The notes beneath the pieces are model-generated. The model was not told the origin of the DNA, did not search any database, and saw only the letters and a list, made by a program, of their open reading frames with translations. Of a stretch of DNA of 56,573 bases, positions 51,601-56,573 are shown one piece after another. This stretch comes from Nemertoderma westbladi (lineage: Eukaryota > Animalia > Xenacoelomorpha). Positions within the stretch are counted from its first letter, which is position 1; the number at the start of each line of letters is the position of its first letter. Position numbers and translations under genes: made by a program. The stretch lies in contig JAUCBJ010002845.1 in NCBI GenBank assembly GCA_032718475.1, positions 1 through 56,573 on the forward strand. The letters are read 5' to 3'.

Positions 51601-52565
51601 AGGAAGTGAGAAGGTAGATAGTGATAATAGCACAGGCAAGGGGGAACATAGATAAAACAGAATAAAAATTAGGGCAATATTAGCACGAAGGAAAGAACAA
51701 GGTAGGAGCAAGGCCATTACTGAACGAAACTTGTAACATCCTGTTTAATGGCACTCACTTAAATTGAGCATTTGTAAGGCCCCACCAATTGGGTGAATCG
51801 TAATCGTAATGGCGGAGAGGATAGTAAAGAAGAGAAAGGCAGAGAGAGAATGAAACAGGCGGGACCGGGAGTGACGAGTCATATCACCTCCGAGAAGGGG
51901 GGTTAAGACGGGTCATGTAGACGAGCGTATAATATAATGTATATAATATTTAATTATGATAATTAATTATTATGTATAACTCGCATGTATATTATATAAC
52001 ATATACCGTAGTCAAGTACAACCTTTTCCAATTAGCTACTGGGACTGGGACTAATTGACTAGAACAGCATGATGAGACTTAGATGGATCCCACTTACATG
52101 ATGCGCACATGTGTGGGACCCAATAAATGTATGGAGAATGAAAACGAAAATGGGGAATCGGGGGAAGTATGAGGAGAGGAGGTTTTGGCATCGTGAGGAA
52201 GTGAAAGAAGTGCAATTCAAATGTGGGGAGCGAGCAGTGAGAGAGGAAGAGTCCCAAGGGACCGAAGAGAGAATAAGGTACAACAAGGTCCGTGAGAGAG
52301 TTTTGAGTAAGGGTAAAGAAAATTGTGTGGAGAGTGAGCACAATAGTCTCAAACAGAGACACCAGATACCTTGGTGCAATATAGCTCGCGATTGCACCAA
52401 GGATGGGTAGTAATAACACACCCAGGGGGGGGGGGGGGGCGTCTTAAAAGCCGACCCCGAGAAGAGAACTCCACCCCACACCAATATTAGATTGGGTTCG
52501 AGCAGAATTGAAGCGCACTTAAGGTTGATACTATCTTCTCACCGGGAAGATAGCATGGGGGGGAG

Positions 52566-53233
52566 TGTAAGCGGATTCAATTCCCTTACATTACCCACCC
52601 GAAAATGGGACCAGTGGCATTTTACCAATATAGTTGGCGATACGAGATTACCAATAATAATCTCGCCTCATAACCAACTCGTGGGGGGGGGGGGGGGGGC
52701 GATACAGGCCCTAAAGCCACAAAGAGAGGTGAGAGGTCAAACCACCTCACAGGGAGAACACAGCTAGTAAAGGTTAGCGGCAGGTGGAAACACTCACAGG
52801 GAGTGCCAAAGTGACAATTAGTATATAAGCCAATAGCGGGCAGGGGAGCACGTGGACAGAGATAGGAAAGCATCCATTAGGTACAGAAGGCCAAGTAGAG
52901 TAAGGGTGAAACCAATATCTATGTGTATCAATCATTTAGTTATTCTGTATTACTGATTTACTGGTCAGTTCATTAATCACAGAGTTGCAGACCGGTTATA
53001 GTTTTTGACCGTCATCTAATATCAATTATCTATCTGCTGTTATTCTGTATTGCGATTTCAATCACATACTGTAACTAATTCTGTGCTATTATCATTTGGA
53101 ACATTAACATCGAGAAACACAAACTCTGTTATTTTCCCCAACGGCCTTCGGCCAAAAAGGACACTGGTTCAGCAGCCCAGCAGAGGTGACGCGTACTAAA
53201 TCTTACCCGGTCGGGATCTACGATCCCGTCACA
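52566..53233 (+). repeat. BEL-2 3' LTR
   Basis: Same termini. Roughly 4% different from the 5' LTR by eye. Confidence 0.95.
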
Positions 53234-53744
53234 TATTATATACGTACACATCGCAGTTGTATTCACCTCGTTATTCCCATTCACCCTTACCACGAGACTT
53301 CCCCGTCTTGCCACACTTCTGGCGCTGTACTTCTTCTCTAGGCATATTATAATCCACTATGGCATCGCATCGGGCAATTATGTATTATTATCATTATTGT
53401 TTATTTCGTACATATTATATTTGACAGCATAATTTAGACAGAGTAATAATAGGCCCTTTCCTAGTTTTTAATTGCTGTATCTATGCAACCACATTATATA
53501 CCAGCCCAATTTTTTTACGAGAATTAGTCAAATTGAATGGCGCATCTTTTGCAAAAAACGGCGTTGCAATTAGATTTCAACTTTTCGATGTGGGTGCCAC
53601 CTCAAAATTTGGTCCCCAGGAGAAATTTTATTGAAATTTTAGAATTTGACAAGGTCATTTGTGAGTTAGTAATTCTTTATGTTGGGGCTATTTTTTATTG
53701 ATTCTGATTGGTATGGAGCACTCCACTACTCTATATAAGTATGT

Positions 53745-54500
53745 AAGGGAAGTGGTACGTCATTTTTGGTGCACCAAAATTAGGGCGTGGCACTTCAAAT
53801 TTTCAAAATTGCAATATTCGTTAAGTACTCCGAAGTTTAGATTTCAACGCATTTTTATGGGTTTTCTGGCCCGCTTAATCAATGAAAGTAATATAGAAGA
53901 CTCAATTCTTAGTGGTACATCATTTTTGGTGCACCAAAATTAGGGCCTGTCAAGTAGGCTTACTTCAAATTTTCAAAATTACGATATTCAGAAAATACCA
54001 TAAGGTTTTCATTTCAACCCATTTTATAGGTGATCTGGACCGCTGAATCGATTGAAAGTAATATTGAAGCTTCAAGTCTTAGTGGTACTTCATTATTGGT
54101 ACACTAAAATTAGGGCGCGGTACTTTTTCAAAATTTGAATAAGTGCCACTCCCTAATTTTGCTGCACCAGAAATGCCGAACCACTATATCTTCAGGCTTC
54201 TATAAGACTTTCAATTGATTCAGCGGTCCAGAAAACCTATAAATGTACGTTGAAATCTCAATTTTGGTTTATTTTCCGAATCTCGTATTTTTCAATATAT
54301 GTAGTGCCACACCCTAATTTTGGTGCTCCAAAAAGGACGATACACTATGTCTTCAGGCTTCGATAATATTTTCAATCGATTCAGCGGTCCAGAAAACCAA
54401 TAAAAATGCGTTGAAATAAAAAGATGGGGGTATTTTCAGAATATCGTATTTTTCCAAATTTTGAAGTGCCACGCCCACTTCTTAGGTGCACGAAAAATAC
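53745..54500. repeat. Foldback array: three ~160-170-bp units forward, then three inverted
   Basis: AGTGGTAC..TTTTGGTGCACCAAAATTAGGGC at ~53750, ~53911 and ~54081. Reverse-complement copies at ~54142, ~54303 and ~54464. Confidence 0.8.
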
Positions 54501-55771
54501 AATCCAGTTCAATTTTCGGAAATGGAATATAATCACATTCGATTGAGAGTATTGAAAAACCTACCAATGCTAGCCAACAATGCCACACTATCAGTTTTTA
54601 GAATATCAAAAAAATAATGCATATTTTGTCCTGGGACTATCTATTTTTCATGAAAATTATTACACCCACCTTTATGAAATTTTCATTTTTTTGCATTTGA
54701 AAATGTTCTTCGATAATTTTTTCACCTACAGCCCAAATTTCGTATGATTTTATTGGATGATTACAAAAATACAGCGGGGGGCCGAATCGACCCCCCGCCA
54801 GTGCAGCTAATGGTCTAAACACCCCAGTGGTAAGGGTTAAAATGTAGGCCTATAGATAATGATAGAGAATAGTAAAGGCGAAAACCGACCATCGACGTAC
54901 ACAGTTACTGACTGGAAATTAATGCGAACTTGTGGAGTGGAACCCCATTTTACTCAACAACTTTGTTCTCTATAATATATATACATGTATATACATGAGC
55001 AACCTTAGTAATAACGGCGCGCGAGAAGCCCTTCTTGATGAGATCCATGTGCTGACAGAATTTTGAAATTTTGTTTCAAAAAAAGTTAAGGCATTTTTCG
55101 ATTCAAAAATTTCGCGATTTTTTACACAAAAAATCCCATAACTTTTTTTAAAAATAAAATTTCAATATTCCCTCAACACTTTTCGCGCGGAATATTCCTC
55201 TAAATAATTCTACAAAACAGAAAGAAAATCGGTCGAGTAGTTAAAAGTAGATAAAGAAGTGTCCCAAAAAAGCCAACGTGAGAAAAATGACATTTATATT
55301 TCCCCCTGATTACAACTGACCAAACATGCACCACAATGCACCACAATGATCTTCTTTTGCGGGTTAAATAGGCTACCTAGGTCAATTTTTGGCGCTGATT
55401 CCGAAAATAGTAAAATATTTCAAAATTTTTGGGTTTTTGGTGGTCTGTTTTGGTGTCGAATGTGGTGCTGCACCAAAATTACAAGTTTTCAAATTTTGGG
55501 TGAAAATTACAAAAGTTGCCATAACTCGAAAACAAAACAACTTATAGAAAAACTGAATTCAGATTCGGAATCACCATAAAAGTTAGATTGGAAAGCACCT
55601 TAAAAGAAAATCTGATGAAAAAAAACTGGGGGTGAACACCTTTAAGTACCTCCCTTAAGTAACTTACGTTTAGTTTTAAGACTAACCGGTTTAATAAGCT
55701 TGATTACTACTTCGTCCGAAAATTGTGTAATGTTATCACTTCTACGCATTAACGAATTAAATTTGACCTAG

Positions 55772-55925
55772 GTATATGATGGTCCTGATAGCACAGACAC
55801 CCAACTGGCCGTCTGGGAAGGCAGTGGGATTTCAGCTCAAATTACATCGAGTTCCAATGATATTACGCTCATATTTCAAACTGATTCGAACGTTGTTAAT
55901 ACAGGATACTCTATCGACTATACAG
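55772..55925 (+). CDS. Host gene exon 7: C-terminal half of CUB domain; gene continues beyond the window
   Basis: Acceptor cctAG at 55770-55771. Reads VYDGPDSTDTQLAVWEGSGISAQITSSSNDITLIFQTDSNVVNTGYSIDYT (CUB VYDG...SSSN...F-x-TD...GF/Y). Phase 0 joins exon 6. Donor G|GTAAGT at 55926. Confidence 0.88.
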
Positions 55926-56392
55926 GTAAGTCAATATCAAACTTTCTATAAACTATTAGAATATACATCATACATACAATATATCATACAATATACATCA
56001 TACATAGGGCCTATACACGTTAAATGTATAGGACACCAATAAGTCATAAACTACCGTTACAAGGCATCCAATGATAGGTCCAGAACAGATGATCTTAATT
56101 AGTAGCACCTTGTAATGTACCAATATAAAGGGCAGTGATTTTTTTATGTCCGCTTTTTTTAAGTTTTCTGTCAGTTTTATTTTACGAATTGTGCATAATG
56201 GCTTTTGTTGTCCGTTTAATTACTTTTTATGTAAGTATTTCTTCAAACTGTCAGACTGTTGATTTCTGGACTGTCAGATAGTTGATTTATTCACTATGCC
56301 TGTGCCAAAACATTCAACATTTGTTGATTTCTGGACTGTCAGACAGTTTAATTTACAATACTTGTGGCAAAACATTCGAAATTCCATGATTA

Positions 56393-56573
56393 CATTTTAC
56401 ATTTAAGTGGCTCAAATGAGACATTGTCTTAAATGGGCCACTTCCTTTTAAATGGCCCTTACAAACATTGTTTACTGAGGGCCATTTTACATTTAAGTGG
56501 CTCAAATGAGACATTGTCTTGAATGGGCCACTTCCTTTTAAATGGCCCTTACAAACATTGTTTACTGAGGGCC
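56393..56573. repeat. 90-bp tandem repeat running off the right edge
   Basis: CATTTTACATTTAAGTGGCTCAAATGAGAC... at 56393 and 56483. Confidence 0.9.

Larger units (their letters stand above)
31931..53233 (+). mobile_element. BEL/Pao LTR retrotransposon (BEL-2), carrying nested BEL-3
   Basis: LTRs 31931-32602 and 52566-53233 (TGT...ACA). Perfect TSD TATTA (31926-31930, 53234-53238). Polypurine tract GGGGGGGAG before the 3' LTR. Confidence 0.95.
28801..53324 (+). mobile_element. Old Gypsy-like element remnant bounded by ~420-bp direct repeats; the right repeat is split by BEL-2
   Basis: 28801-29219 is repeated as 31626-31930 plus 53239-53324. gag/PR/RT remnants lie between the repeats. True LTR starts and TSD not resolved. 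Confidence 0.65.

Noticed and set aside
54990-55650. Possible TTAA-type DNA transposon remnant (similar AT-rich tract at ~6500-6870)
   Set aside because: I could not identify paired TIRs or a TSD by eye.
55776-56042. 88-aa ORF from the track
   Set aside because: It is in the wrong frame. The real coding frame is the CUB exon at 55772-55925.

Overview
Eukaryotic genomic DNA, most likely from a repeat-rich invertebrate animal. It is not prokaryotic. The window opens with a 6.4-kb satellite of 28-bp units. A spliced + strand host gene follows, which the ORF track largely misses: seven exons at 6923-55925 give about 399 codons in one uninterrupted frame, and the gene continues past the window. 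It encodes a predicted secreted mosaic protein: signal peptide, two beta/gamma-crystallin domains (4 Greek keys), a fibronectin type II domain and a CUB domain. Introns 2 (11.7 kb) and 6 (29.9 kb) are inflated by nested transposons. Intron 2 holds a TA-flanked terminal-inverted-repeat (TIR) element with hairpin arrays. Inside it sit a deleted BEL/Pao element (with a solo LTR inside its own LTR) and a Gypsy-like element with TATA...TATA termini, whose primer-binding site (PBS) matches the 5' end of tRNA-Lys. Intron 6 holds a P-element/THAP derivative with a foldback insert and a three-level Gypsy-like > BEL > BEL nest; both BEL insertions retain 5-bp target-site duplications (TSDs). All retroelement ORFs are degenerate. 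Everything was read by eye with no database searches, so family names rest on motif recognition.
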